NCBI GenBank assembly: GCA_052168235.1
Contig: JBQLZK010000004.1
Coordinates: forward strand, 96,001 to 160,000
Length of the DNA stretch: 64,000 bases
Direction of reading: 5' to 3'
DNA from: Thainema sp.
GTDB taxonomy: Bacteria; Cyanobacteriota; Cyanobacteriia; Phormidesmidales; Phormidesmidaceae
Positions 38,128 to 48,523 of this stretch are shown here, piece by piece. The stretch's first letter is position 1, and each line of letters begins with the position of its first letter. The notes under the pieces were generated by a model. It was not told the origin of the DNA, searched no databases, and saw only the letters and a program-made list of their open reading frames with translations. Made by a program: the position numbers and the translations under genes.

Positions 38128-40266
38128 TTAGCTAATAATGTACGGCGAAGTTACGGCTGGAAATCGTCCAGTGTACACACCTGCCTGATACATAACTGCT
38201 GCCACTTCTGCGCGGGTGGCGGGGTGATTAGGCCGTAGCTGGCGCACATCGGGAAAATTGACCACAAAATGATGCACCGTGGCGCTGGCAACAAAAGGGC
38301 GGGCAAACTCTGGGATTTCGAGATGATCTTGATAGAAATTGAGGATTGACTCGTCTTCGGTATCCAGGTTTAAGCCGTTAATCAGCGAGACGTAGAGCTG
38401 CACCCGTGAGAGCGGCTGATTCGGGGCAAAGGTTTGATTAGGGAAACCAGACAGAAACTCGGCCTGATAAGCTTGCTGAATCGCTGCCGCTGCCCAAAAG
38501 TTGGCGGGCACATCGGTAAACTCAATGCTGCCTCGTTTCGCGGGCGGATCGAAAACTCGCTTAATCAGCACCGTATATTCCGCTCGCGTAATCGGCAAGT
38601 CGGGCCGAAAGGTACCGTCAACAAAGCCGCTGACCATCTGCTGATGGGTCAAACCGTATATAAAATCGGCGGCCCAGTGGTCTTGAGTATCGGCGTAGAA
38701 GGGAATCGTGATGTCCGGTCGCACAATGTAGGGCGAGGCAATTACAGGGGCGCGTCCCTGCACAACCAGCGCTTGATAGACCGTTGCCGCCATTTCTGCC
38801 CGCGTCATCTCGCGCATAGGATTTAGCTCGTCGTAGTGGGGATAGTTCACGACCAGACGACGCTGAGTAGCAATCTCTAACGCTTCAATCGCATAGGGTG
38901 GAATTTGGGCGCGATCGCGATAAATCCGCAGGGCATCCGGCACTCCCCCGGTTAGCCGCAGCCCATTCACCAGCGAGACTAACCCCTGCACTCGCGTCAG
39001 ATTGGTATCGGGACGAAACGAGCGATCCGGGTATCCCGCCAAAAATCCCATTGTGTTTGCCTGCCGAATCGCTTCATAGGCCCAAAACTGGGGCGACACG
39101 TCTACAAAGGTGCTCGCCGGACGCACCGCTTCTTGGCGAAATGCCGCCATCAAAATTGCCGCATACTGGGCACGGGTAATCTTGGCGTTGGGCCGAAAGG
39201 TGCCGTCTAGAAAGCCGCGTACGATATTGAGATTAGCCAATCCTTCTACAAAGGGAGCGGCCCAATGTTCCGTCAGATCTTGAAATCGGGTTGCAACTGG
39301 ATTTGCGATCGCACCTCCAACCTCCGAACCGTTCGACGGATTTGGCCTAGATTGCAGCGGCAGCGAAGAATACACTTCACTGGCCACCCACTCGACTTGC
39401 CCTCGCACGCGGGTAGGATTCAGGTCGTTGCCGACGGATTGCACAGGCAATTCAGTGGCGTTGTGCAAATCATAGTTACCGTTGCGGCGCAGCATGTTCA
39501 GGCCCGGATTTTGGGAATGCCCCAAATCCACCACCGCCTGATCGAGTAGGACTAATCCCTCAGCCTGATTTTGCTCCACCACGTTTTGTCGCAGGACGGG
39601 GCGCGCCTGCCCCCAAACTAGAATGCCAACTTGATTAAACGTGACTCGATTGGCAGTTACCAACGGAGCAGCCTGTTCACCAATAGCCAACCCGTATCCG
39701 GTGCGGCGAAAGGCATTGCGATGAATTTCACCCTTGGCTGAATGCACCATTGAAATGCCGCTGAGCCGATTTTGCTCAAACACATTGTCAATTAGGGCCG
39801 GATTGGCATTGCCGCTGATAAACACGCCCTCGCGTCCGCAGCGGGTAAATGTGTTGTGGGCCAGCGTCGGATCGGCAGACTCAATCCAAACGCCTGACCC
39901 GTTTTCCGAGGGATTGGAAACGGTGATCCCGCGCAATTCTGATCCCGGCTGCATAACGAACGCCACGTTCTGCGGCACAAAGCCATTACTGGTGTGCAAC
40001 CCTCCACCCGTGATGACGATATCTTGTCCCCAGTTCACCTCATCACCTGCGATCGCAACCTGAGCCGGCACCCGCAGCGGAAACCGTTCGCCATTGGCCG
40101 CATTGTACTGTCCCGCTTCGAGCTGAATCGTGGCCCCAGCCTGCACTTGACTGAGCGCCCAGGTCAGCGTTTTATAGGGCTGTTCTGCGCTGCCATAGCC
40201 CAACTGATCCCGACCTCGACGCGGATCAACATAAATCACTACCGATCGGGACACAGAACTAACCAT
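38128..40266 (-). CDS. DUF1565 / beta-helix protein with multiple SLH domains
   Basis: YVDP..G.D..G...PYKTLT.AL, parallel beta-helix repeats, and repeated HWA...GF.DGTFRP...TRA SLH motifs. Confidence 0.88.
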   Translation of the reverse strand: MVSSVSRSVVIYVDPRRGRDQLGYGSAEQPYKTLTWALSQVQAGATIQLEAGQYNAANGERFPLRVPAQVAIAGDEVNWGQDIVITGGGLHTSNGFVPQNVAFVMQPGSELRGITVSNPSENGSGVWIESADPTLAHNTFTRCGREGVFISGNANPALIDNVFEQNRLSGISMVHSAKGEIHRNAFRRTGYGLAIGEQAAPLVTANRVTFNQVGILVWGQARPVLRQNVVEQNQAEGLVLLDQAVVDLGHSQNPGLNMLRRNGNYDLHNATELPVQSVGNDLNPTRVRGQVEWVASEVYSSLPLQSRPNPSNGSEVGGAIANPVATRFQDLTEHWAAPFVEGLANLNIVRGFLDGTFRPNAKITRAQYAAILMAAFRQEAVRPASTFVDVSPQFWAYEAIRQANTMGFLAGYPDRSFRPDTNLTRVQGLVSLVNGLRLTGGVPDALRIYRDRAQIPPYAIEALEIATQRRLVVNYPHYDELNPMREMTRAEMAATVYQALVVQGRAPVIASPYIVRPDITIPFYADTQDHWAADFIYGLTHQQMVSGFVDGTFRPDLPITRAEYTVLIKRVFDPPAKRGSIEFTDVPANFWAAAAIQQAYQAEFLSGFPNQTFAPNQPLSRVQLYVSLINGLNLDTEDESILNFYQDHLEIPEFARPFVASATVHHFVVNFPDVRQLRPNHPATRAEVAAVMYQAGVYTGRFPAVTSPYIIS

Positions 40267-40542
40267 TAGTCGCTTCCTAAGCTGGCGCGATCCAGAAAAA
40301 TCATGCCGTTTTCCATGCCGCCCACAAAAAGATCAGCTAAAGCTTAAAAGCGAGTTCCCGATCTGCTACTGCTTTGCAACGAGTCTTAATGGTACAGTCC
40401 CCTATGTATGCTTCGATACCAATAAACGGTATATCAACCATCAAAAATCCCGAAGAATTACCCATTGTTGCCGGAGCCTGTTTGCAAACTGTAGATCTTC
40501 GGTTTTTTGTACAAAATTTAATACGAAATCCGCTCATAAACC

Positions 40543-40597
40543 CCAAATTACTGTTGAGACGGTCAGGCTAAGCCTGACCGTCTCAACAGTAATTTGG
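40543..40597. repeat. Long perfect palindrome (26-bp arms), apex GC-TAA-GC
   Basis: CCAAATTACTGTTGAGACGGTCAGGC-TAA-GCCTGACCGTCTCAACAGTAATTTGG. Confidence 0.9.
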
Positions 40598-40622
40598 TTC
40601 TTTCTAGCTATTAACCAGCAGC

Positions 40623-40754
40623 TTAATAAGCAGCATGTATAGCCCAATACAAAAGCACCAAGATACCGCCCAAAATAAATACACTAGAGACTGCGATCGC
40701 AGGTGAGGTATCGGCATTGTCAAACTTCATGATGCCGCGATTTTGCTGAGTCAT
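40623..40754 (-). CDS. Small single-TM protein, 43 aa; not in ORF track
   Basis: MTQQNRGIMKFDNADTSPAIAVSSVFILGGILVLLYWAIHAAY, with AAAGGAG RBS upstream. Confidence 0.72.
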   Translation of the reverse strand: MTQQNRGIMKFDNADTSPAIAVSSVFILGGILVLLYWAIHAAY

Positions 40755-40816
40755 AGCAAGTTTTACTCCTTTGGCTTGAAATAGTTGAAATGGTGGCTAT
40801 GCCCGAATCCGTCATA

Positions 40817-40916
40817 CTCACATCTTGCACTTTGCACTTTGAAAACCCGAAGAGGTTGTTTTGTTGCCGCGATGCGGCAACAAAACAACCCTTCTGGGTT
40901 TAGTACAAGATGTGAG
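40817..40916. mobile_element. MITE family B (copy 2), 100 bp, 5-bp TSD TCATA
   Basis: TIR CTCACATCTTGCAC/GTACAAGATGTGAG. TCATA at 40812-40816 and 40917-40921. Central stem apex GC-GAT-GC. Confidence 0.88.
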
Positions 40917-41194
40917 TCATACAAATCATTTATGTGGCGGTTCTCAATATCATGACCTGATAACCGCCTATATGTTTATGCTAGCCATAGTAATTTTGGG
41001 ATCACTAGATTTTTAATTTGCTCTTTAGCAAAAGCAATTTGGCATTACAAAACGCAACATTTTGGTGTTTTCCAGAGCGATCTGCCATGCAATCGTCAAT
41101 TCAATTTTGGCCAGTCAACCCAAGTTTTCTAAACCAGATTTGGCATCAACAGGTATAGTTCTGACTAAAAGCTCTTATCCTGAATCTTTTGCTT

Positions 41195-42280
41195 GTGAAA
41201 CTTGCTCTTATTGTTCTGCTGATTGGTCTAGTTGTCGCTGTTGTTCTCGAACTCAGCCTGCGACGGATGTACGGCTTTGGCAATCCGCTGCTCTATGTGG
41301 CCGATGTGCAAACCGGATACCGAATTGCCCCCAATCAAAGCGTGCGCCGCTCCGGCAATCGGATTCAAATCAACCAGTATTCCATGCGTAGCAGCGAGAT
41401 TACGCCAACTCGGCCACCGAATACGCTGCGAATTCTGCTGCTGGGCGACTCGATTGCCAACGGTGGCTGGTGGACAGATCAAGCGGATATTTTGTCAGAG
41501 CAAATCACCCAGCAGTTGCGATCGCACCTTTCAACCCTTACCGTTAACGGCGCAACCCCGCAATCTGTGGAAGTGCTCAACGCCTCAGCCAACTCTTGGG
41601 GGCCACGCAATGAACTGGCGTATCTGGCAAAGTTTGGCTCGTTTGAATCGCAAGCAATTGTGCTGCTGATTAATACCGATGATTTGTTTACGATTGCGCC
41701 GACATCGCTACAGGTGGGCCGCGATCGCAACTATCCCGCCAGCAAACCTCCGCTAGCCATAATCGAAGTGATTCAGCGCTATGCGCTTAAACCTGATCCC
41801 ATTCCAGAACTACAGGAACTGCGGCAGGAAGGTGGCGATCGGGTAGCCGCCAATATGGAAGCGATGCGCCAGATTAAAGCGATTGCCCAGCAGAACAACA
41901 GCTTCTTGCTGATTGCCATGACGCCGCTGCTGCGGGAAGTGGGTGAACCGGGCCCACGCGACTATGAGCTAGAGGCGCGGCGACGACTACAGGATTTTAT
42001 GCGCTACGAAAACATTCCCTATATTGACTATCTGCCGATGTTTAGCCAGGCCGAATCTGCCGAGGCGCTCTATCGAGACAACATTCACCTCAGTTTGACG
42101 GGCAATCAGATCGTGCGCGATCGCATCGTCGAAACGTTACTCAACCAGTTCAACTCGCTATCCGCCTTGCCTGGAACAGCCGAGTTTACACCTGCTGCAA
42201 CCGGGACTGAACCATTCAGCACCAGTAACCGCGATCGCACCAATGATTCGATCATTGACGACCCGTGGGCTACTCCTTAA
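41195..42280 (+). CDS. SGNH/GDSL hydrolase family protein
   Basis: LLLGDSIANGG, NASANSWGP and DNIH motifs. N-terminal TM. Confidence 0.85.
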   Translation: MKLALIVLLIGLVVAVVLELSLRRMYGFGNPLLYVADVQTGYRIAPNQSVRRSGNRIQINQYSMRSSEITPTRPPNTLRILLLGDSIANGGWWTDQADILSEQITQQLRSHLSTLTVNGATPQSVEVLNASANSWGPRNELAYLAKFGSFESQAIVLLINTDDLFTIAPTSLQVGRDRNYPASKPPLAIIEVIQRYALKPDPIPELQELRQEGGDRVAANMEAMRQIKAIAQQNNSFLLIAMTPLLREVGEPGPRDYELEARRRLQDFMRYENIPYIDYLPMFSQAESAEALYRDNIHLSLTGNQIVRDRIVETLLNQFNSLSALPGTAEFTPAATGTEPFSTSNRDRTNDSIIDDPWATP

Positions 42281-42289
42281 CAGATACGC

Positions 42290-42482
42290 AGTCCAGCTAA
42301 AACCCGATGATTTAGTGTCTGTGCAAGCTTGGCTAGGCCAAGCTTGCACAGACACTAAGGAACGCGGATTTATTAAGGTGCAATCTTTGGGGTAGGGACA
42401 CGGCAGTGCCGTGTCCCTACGAATGGAACGGTTTACAGGCTATTTGATCCACAATCCTAAGTTAGGTTCTGATACAGGGACT
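42290..42482. mobile_element. Family A foldback element (copy 3) interrupted by family E MITE
   Basis: 22-bp stem 42312-42333/42337-42358 with apex GC-TAG-GC. The right flank resumes after 42460 (GTTAGGTTCTGATACAGGGACT). Confidence 0.7.
42359..42457. mobile_element. MITE family E (copy 2), TSD TAA
   Basis: c-TAA-GGA...TCC-TAA-g. Core GTAGGGACACGGC-AGT-GCCGTGTCCCTAC. Reverse complement aligns with 18653-18748. Confidence 0.88.
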
Positions 42483-42562
42483 CGATAAACGACAAGTCGT
42501 CAATCACCTGAATGACCTTTAAAGCAAAAGCGCGCAGCAATACTACGCGCTTCTGTTGGATG

Positions 42563-42856
42563 TTAGGTGTATCGTCCCCATCTCAATAAGGCCGTGACCA
42601 CGTAAAGCACAATGGCCGAGCCAATAATCGACGGGATAATCGTTACCCCTTCGAACTGCCAGTTCAAAAAGTCGAAGTCGATTCCATATTGATTGCGGAC
42701 GAGTGCATGTGCCCAGGCCCCAAACCACACGCCTGCAAGGCCGATGAGAATCAACCCCAAAATCTTGCCCGGTATTGTGCGTGGCACCAGCGCATTTGAG
42801 ATCGCAGCACAGATGGCTGCAATGATGAGCTGAATGAGGATTTGTTTCGGATCCAT
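42563..42856 (-). CDS. GlsB/YeaQ/YmgE-like (transglycosylase-associated) membrane protein
   Basis: Three TM helices; IPG...GLILIGLAG..G and IIPSIIGSAIVL. Confidence 0.7.
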   Translation of the reverse strand: MDPKQILIQLIIAAICAAISNALVPRTIPGKILGLILIGLAGVWFGAWAHALVRNQYGIDFDFLNWQFEGVTIIPSIIGSAIVLYVVTALLRWGRYT

Positions 42857-42869
42857 TGTCCTAACCCTC

Positions 42870-43697
42870 TTATGATTGACCCAACTCCTGCGATCGCGCA
42901 CTTGCAGCTCGGACAGCTTCGATCAATGCCGAACGGAGTCCCAGCTCTTCCAGCTTGGCAATCCCCGTAATGGTCGTACCGCCTGGACTGGTAACGCGAT
43001 CCTTCAGCACCCCAGGATGTAAATTCTCTGCCTGAATTAATTCTGCCGTACCGCGCACGGTTTGGATCGCGAGTTGCAGGGCAATCGGACGCGGTAAACC
43101 TGCCGCCACACCACCATCAGCTAAGGCTTCAATCACCAGCGCCACATATCCCGGCCCTGATCCCGACAGGCCCGTGACTGCATCCATCAGATATTCCGGC
43201 ACCTCCACTACGTCGCCAATCGCCTCTAACACCTGTCGCGCTTGGCTTAGATGATGGGATTGAACCTGCTGCCCCAGTGCAATCGCAGTCATGCCTGCTC
43301 CCACTATAGCAGGCGTATTCGGCATGGCTCGAATCACCGCCTGATTAGGGAAAGCAGCTTCTAAACGGCTCAGCGGGGTGCCTGCCAAAATAGACAATAC
43401 GCAAGCTGTGGGTGAGATCGCAGCTGCCGCCAACTCAGCTGCAACAACGGGGAAGATTTGAGGCTTAATTGCCAGCAGCACAATATTTTCAGCCTCAGCA
43501 ACCTGCATGTTTGCTGTCGTCGTTTGCACCCCATAGGTTTGCTCTAAATACGTCCGACGGCTCTCGGCTGGATCGCTAACTAAAACAGCATCCGGTGCAT
43601 ATAAGTTCCGATGAAGAAGGCGGGATAAAATGGCTTCTCCCATTACCCCGCCTCCAATCATGCCAAATTGAATCGACATCGAATAATCTACGCTCAT
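42870..43697 (-). CDS. proC: Pyrroline-5-carboxylate reductase
   Basis: IGGGVMG, LAIKPQ, RAMPNTP, SGSGPG, VTSPGGTT. Confidence 0.96.
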   Translation of the reverse strand: MSVDYSMSIQFGMIGGGVMGEAILSRLLHRNLYAPDAVLVSDPAESRRTYLEQTYGVQTTTANMQVAEAENIVLLAIKPQIFPVVAAELAAAAISPTACVLSILAGTPLSRLEAAFPNQAVIRAMPNTPAIVGAGMTAIALGQQVQSHHLSQARQVLEAIGDVVEVPEYLMDAVTGLSGSGPGYVALVIEALADGGVAAGLPRPIALQLAIQTVRGTAELIQAENLHPGVLKDRVTSPGGTTITGIAKLEELGLRSALIEAVRAASARSQELGQS

Positions 43698-43786
43698 CAG
43701 TAGTGGTAATCAGGTAATGAATTTAGGTTGTATGAGCCAGCCCACACAACCTAAATTCATTACCGTTTTGAGAACTACTCGCTAAT

Positions 43787-44419
43787 CTACGCCATACGAA
43801 CCTGTGGTTCAACACCCCATGCTGGAGTGGGAGCAGCCTGCTGCGGGCGCATGTGGGGCTGAGGCTGAGGCTCATGCATATCGTTTTGTAAATCAAGCTG
43901 AGTGCTGACCTGAACACAATTGGGAGTGAAGAGGAAAATGCTCTCACCAATGCGCTCTTGATGCCCATCAATGGCGTAAGTACCACCCGCCACGAAGTCA
44001 ACAGCACGCTGAGCCTGATCCGGATCCATGATGGTTAGGTTGAGCACAACGGACTTGCGCTCACGTAATGCCTGAATCGCTTGCGGCATCTCTTCAAACG
44101 AACGAGGTTCCATGACGACAACTTCTGACATGCCATTCATGGCTCCGGGCATTCCGATTACGTTATTCATAGAAGATACCATTCCGGGTTCTGAATTCAT
44201 TACACGATCTCTAACTCGACGACGACTGCGGATCTCTTCCTGAGGCTGCTGGGGAGGAGGAGCAACAGGCATGGGCGCTTGAGGCGGCATATGCTGCTCT
44301 TCTTGGTAGAGGTTCTGATACTCTTCGACCCCATCCATCTCGTCATATTCGTATTCGTAATCGGCTGGGTCACTTAAGCCCACAAAATCCCGTAACTTCG
44401 TGAAGATACTACTGCTCAC
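43787..44419 (-). CDS. sepF: Cell division protein SepF
   Basis: EPRSFEE...VVLNL...[17 protein letters not shown]...IFLFTP. Confidence 0.95.
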   Translation of the reverse strand: MSSSIFTKLRDFVGLSDPADYEYEYDEMDGVEEYQNLYQEEQHMPPQAPMPVAPPPQQPQEEIRSRRRVRDRVMNSEPGMVSSMNNVIGMPGAMNGMSEVVVMEPRSFEEMPQAIQALRERKSVVLNLTIMDPDQAQRAVDFVAGGTYAIDGHQERIGESIFLFTPNCVQVSTQLDLQNDMHEPQPQPHMRPQQAAPTPAWGVEPQVRMA

Positions 44420-45528
44420 GGTTCACGCTCCATCACGACTAGAGTTAACAGTTCAATCAATTCTTTGGCTAATCGCTAGTTAGCAAATTGATTAAACATC
44501 AAAAACCAAACAAAAGCAAAACTTTTTTCGGATTGAGACTATTGTCTCTCCAATGAGCTGTTTCGCGCTGTTCTTAATCAAGAATTAAGGCCTGTATGTA
44601 CAGCTCATGTGATCGCAACTTTGCCAAAAATCCGAACCGAAAATCAATAAGCGCTAAAGGCTTTCTTCGCCTCGTTTTTGCTGGTTGTCTTTCAACATTG
44701 AGTCCACAGTATACATCAATTTTCCAAAGTCAACCCTTTGTTAATTTCTTGTCAAAATTGAGCTGGCGATGATGGCTAATCCAAGCCTGTAGAATTCTTG
44801 TTCTACCTGATCAAACCCTTGTCAGCCGAGGGGTTGAGCGGATGGTTGTATATCTAAGATTTTAATAATGACGTTGTATTCACTTAACGGTTCGAAAGAG
44901 AAGGGGGAGTACTCGATTGGACAAGCTTAATTCCTCTAACGCTCTGTTAAATTTTCATCTGAAGGTTCAACAATCACTGAAAACGTATTCGATTTAACAA
45001 ATTGCCAGCACAAACTTAGCGGACATCGTTATCAAAATAAAGACTGATGTCAGCTTAAATAAGAAAATGCATGCCAAAAGCTGATCTGATAACTGAAAAA
45101 ACAAGTCACAGATCTCTGCCGAGCTAAACTCAACAGCTATAAAACTAGTGGTGAAATTATCCAGATAAGTTAGATATAGAGCGATTACAACTGCCCATAT
45201 CCCATCCTGATGAGAAACTCCAGTTTCTAATCGGAACTGGGTTCAACTGTATCTGTATTTTTATGGTTTGACCCTGATTTTGAGATCAGCGTTGAGACCG
45301 ATCGAGGACAATGTCCCAATTCTTACTGAGATTGCGTGCGGCTTAGCCGCCAAGACAAATCGGGAGATTGTCCGAGCCGTTCTCCACTTACTGCTGAAGG
45401 ATAGCACTATTTATCAGAAATGGAACACGACAGTCAAATATTGTGAGATGAACATGGGGTAAGGTGCCAAATTCGTATCTATGCTGAAGTTTCACCTACT
45501 GTCTCATCTGATTCAATCTAGAATCTGA

Positions 45529-46200
45529 TCAATATATGCGCTGTCCAAACAGGCTACGACCAATTCGCACCATCGTCGAACCGGCCCGAATTGCGATCGC
45601 ATAATCCGCCGACATCCCCATCGAAAGTTGATCCATCGGCCAATCCGTTTCTTGAGCCAGTTGATGCGCTAACTCCCGCACCTGAATAAATCCCTGTTCC
45701 GTTTCAGCTTCGGTTAATCCCAACGGCAAAATCGTCATCAGGCCGCGAATGGGTAAATGTTCACACTTGAGTAATTCCGGTAAATCCTGCCGCAGCTCCA
45801 GCATTGTCCAGCCATACTTGTTGGGATCAGGCAGTGGTTTAACCTGGAGGCACATTTGCGGCACTCGCTCTAAATCGGCGGCGAGCCGATTTAGCCGTTG
45901 GGCCAGCTTCAGGCTATCGACGGAATGAATCCAGTCAAACTGCTCTAGTGCTTTCTGGGCCTTATTACTCTGAAGATGACCGATAAAGTGCCAAATAATA
46001 TCAGCAGAGGTTAAGATCTCTTGTTTCTCTGCCGCTTCTTGAACTTTGCTTTCACCAAAGTCGCGCAGTCCAGCGTCATACGCAATCTTCATGGCCTCCA
46101 CTGGAATCTGCTTAGAGACCGCGATTAGACAGACATGCGGCGGTATGGACTGCCGCACTTGAGCAATCTGATCAGCAATTTCAGAGTTAGATAAAACCAT
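45529..46200 (-). CDS. pipY: PLP homeostasis protein (YggS/PipY)
   Basis: LIAVSK, FGESKVQE, WHFIGHLQSNK, SMGMS.DY, RIGRSLFG. Downstream of pipX. Confidence 0.93.
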   Translation of the reverse strand: MVLSNSEIADQIAQVRQSIPPHVCLIAVSKQIPVEAMKIAYDAGLRDFGESKVQEAAEKQEILTSADIIWHFIGHLQSNKAQKALEQFDWIHSVDSLKLAQRLNRLAADLERVPQMCLQVKPLPDPNKYGWTMLELRQDLPELLKCEHLPIRGLMTILPLGLTEAETEQGFIQVRELAHQLAQETDWPMDQLSMGMSADYAIAIRAGSTMVRIGRSLFGQRIY

Positions 46201-46268
46201 AATCAGTTGATGATTTAGCCCGCCTACCTGTCAAATTGGGCGTGAGACAGCCGCAAAACAGTAACTCG

Positions 46269-46538
46269 TTACTGAAATGTACGTTTATAGGTCTGTAAAA
46301 GCTGGTCATATTCGGTATACTGCCCCGTTCGTCTCAACAGGCGCAGGCGATTTTCGAGGACTACACGAGCGTCGGTGCGAGTGGTTGGATCAAACCGCGT
46401 TCCACTACCCGATATCGTCACAATGAAAAATAGACGTTGCGCATAGAGGGTCGAAAATAGCTCGCTGTTCTCATCAATGACACAGATCCGGAACAGCAAA
46501 CCAAATGTTGGATGATTTAAATAGGTTTCAGCACTCAT
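46269..46538 (-). CDS. pipX: PII-interacting protein X
   Basis: ETYLNHPTFGLL...LFSTLYAQRLFF...ENRLRLLRR; 89 aa. Confidence 0.95.
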   Translation of the reverse strand: MSAETYLNHPTFGLLFRICVIDENSELFSTLYAQRLFFIVTISGSGTRFDPTTRTDARVVLENRLRLLRRTGQYTEYDQLLQTYKRTFQ

Positions 46539-46869
46539 TCAAGCTTGGCTTTCAGATGGATGTTCAACATGGGCAATCTATCAATGGTTAGAGGAGCTAT
46601 TTTACACTGTTTTGTGACTGTATTCAGTACATAGCAAGGGTTTCAGCTAATTGAAAGTACGCCTAAATATAGAATCTCGAATGAATCTCAAAATAGGGTA
46701 TTGTCTCTAAAGCGTGAAAAATAGTATTGGGTCAAGATTACCGCTATCCCGACCTATATTACTGCCTTTGCTACTTTTTCTAATCTGATAGTTGATAGAA
46801 CTCAATCGTTTGGGAGTGAGGAGCAAGGCCTGAGGCGTTGGCGCTCACAGCGTAAGTTTCTAGGACTGA

Positions 46870-46930
46870 GTGTTGGTGTTGGGTTTTAGGTGTTGGATTT
46901 TAGGCTTTTAGGTTCTGGGTTTTAGGTGCT
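46870..46930. repeat. Degenerate heptameric tandem repeat (TTTTAGG/TGTTGG), STRR-like
   Basis: TTTTAGG occurs four times within about 50 bp. Confidence 0.6.
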
Positions 46931-46975
46931 GGGAACTCACCCACCCATTTCTACCTTGTCTATCCATCTACCCAT

Positions 46976-48523
46976 CTACTCATTCACCCACCCACTCTTT
47001 AAACCAAGGGCAAGCAATTGTGCTTTGGCTTTTTGAATCGATTCATGCCACTCGCGCTCTGGATCGCTGTCGGCTACAATTCCAGCTCCCACTTGTCCCC
47101 AGACGGTTTGTAATGTCTCGGTTTCCTCACCTGAGGAGGAGTTAGACGGTGCCATGAGCAGGGTGCGAATCAGAATATTCAGGTCGAGATGTCCCCGCTG
47201 ATCGAGATAGCCACAGGAGCCATAAAACAAGCTGCGCCGTATGGGTTCCAGTTCTTCGATGATTTCCATACAGCGGACTTTGGGGCAACCCGTGATCGTT
47301 CCGCCAGGAAAAACGGCCCGGATTAAATCAATGGCGTTGAGATCGCACTTTAGATCTCCAATCACATTACTCACCAGATGCATGACGTGGCTATAGCGCT
47401 CCACGGTGAGTAACTCATTCACCTGCACCGAACCCCAATCGCAGACTCGGCCCAAATCATTGCGCTCCAGATCCACCAGCATAATGTGCTCGGCATTTTC
47501 CTTGCGATTCTGAAGCAAGGCTTGCTCATAGGATTGATCGTCCTGGACAGTGGCACCACGGGGGCGAGTGCCCGCAATTGGACGAGTTTGCGCCTGTCGT
47601 TGTTCGAGTTGAATCAGCCGCTCAGGGGAACAACTGACAACTTCGCCCCAGGGAGTCCGCCAGTAGCTAGCGAAGGGTGAAGGATTAATCTGCTGGAGCT
47701 GACGATAGATTTCCCAACCTGTTGCTTCGGTGGTCAATTCAAACCGCAACGACAGATTCGTTTGAAAAATGTCACCAGCTTGAATATAAGCTTTGGCCTG
47801 CCGGACGGCAGCTTCATATGCAGCTTGGGACGTACCAAAGCGCAAAGTTGAGACTTGCCGAGCTTTGAATGAATGAGCCGGAGCACGATCCCTTAAGAAT
47901 GGCTGGGCTTGATCCCATTGGTCAAGCCGCTCTTCTAAATCACTGAACTGCTCGGGATCAGTGACAGCCAGCCACAACTGCTGCTGCGCGTGATCCAGTA
48001 CCGCGAACCACTCCGGTTCATACCAGTACGCCACCGGAAACGGCAGCGGATCAGTGTTTAAGTTGGGCAAGCATTCAATTTCCCAGGCCAAATCGTAGCC
48101 GAGCCAGCCAAGCCAGCCACCTGTGAAGGGTAAATCCGGCTGTATCTCAGTTTTAACGGCAGTTGCAGCCGTCATCAACCGCTGCTGTAGTGTATTCAGA
48201 ATATCGCCAATTGCAGGTGTCCACAGCTTTAACTGACCAGCATCTCGACGCGGCGGGCCAGCGCAGATGGACATGCGGGTCATCGTTTGTACCGCATCCA
48301 CTGCTTGCTGATCGGCAGGTAAGGGATAGGGACTTTCGAGCAGAGTTGCGATCGCAGTTTCCGGCGGCACCAAAGCGACAAACACATCAGAGCCCGTGCG
48401 CTGTACCAAAGGGTAGGAACGCCAGTGCCAAGGCTGTAAAGATGCTGTCTCCGCTTTTTTTTCCGATGACTGATTGAGTAATGGCTTCAGGTTTTGATCC
48501 AACGTTTGCTCTGGTGCCGTCAC
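46976..48523 (-). CDS. Anthranilate synthase component I family / aminodeoxychorismate synthase
   Basis: GDIFQTNLS, SCSPERL, RPIAGTRPR, EHIMLVDLERNDL, FPGGTITGCPK. PabB-like. Confidence 0.9.
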   Translation of the reverse strand: MTAPEQTLDQNLKPLLNQSSEKKAETASLQPWHWRSYPLVQRTGSDVFVALVPPETAIATLLESPYPLPADQQAVDAVQTMTRMSICAGPPRRDAGQLKLWTPAIGDILNTLQQRLMTAATAVKTEIQPDLPFTGGWLGWLGYDLAWEIECLPNLNTDPLPFPVAYWYEPEWFAVLDHAQQQLWLAVTDPEQFSDLEERLDQWDQAQPFLRDRAPAHSFKARQVSTLRFGTSQAAYEAAVRQAKAYIQAGDIFQTNLSLRFELTTEATGWEIYRQLQQINPSPFASYWRTPWGEVVSCSPERLIQLEQRQAQTRPIAGTRPRGATVQDDQSYEQALLQNRKENAEHIMLVDLERNDLGRVCDWGSVQVNELLTVERYSHVMHLVSNVIGDLKCDLNAIDLIRAVFPGGTITGCPKVRCMEIIEELEPIRRSLFYGSCGYLDQRGHLDLNILIRTLLMAPSNSSSGEETETLQTVWGQVGAGIVADSDPEREWHESIQKAKAQLLALGLKSGWVNE

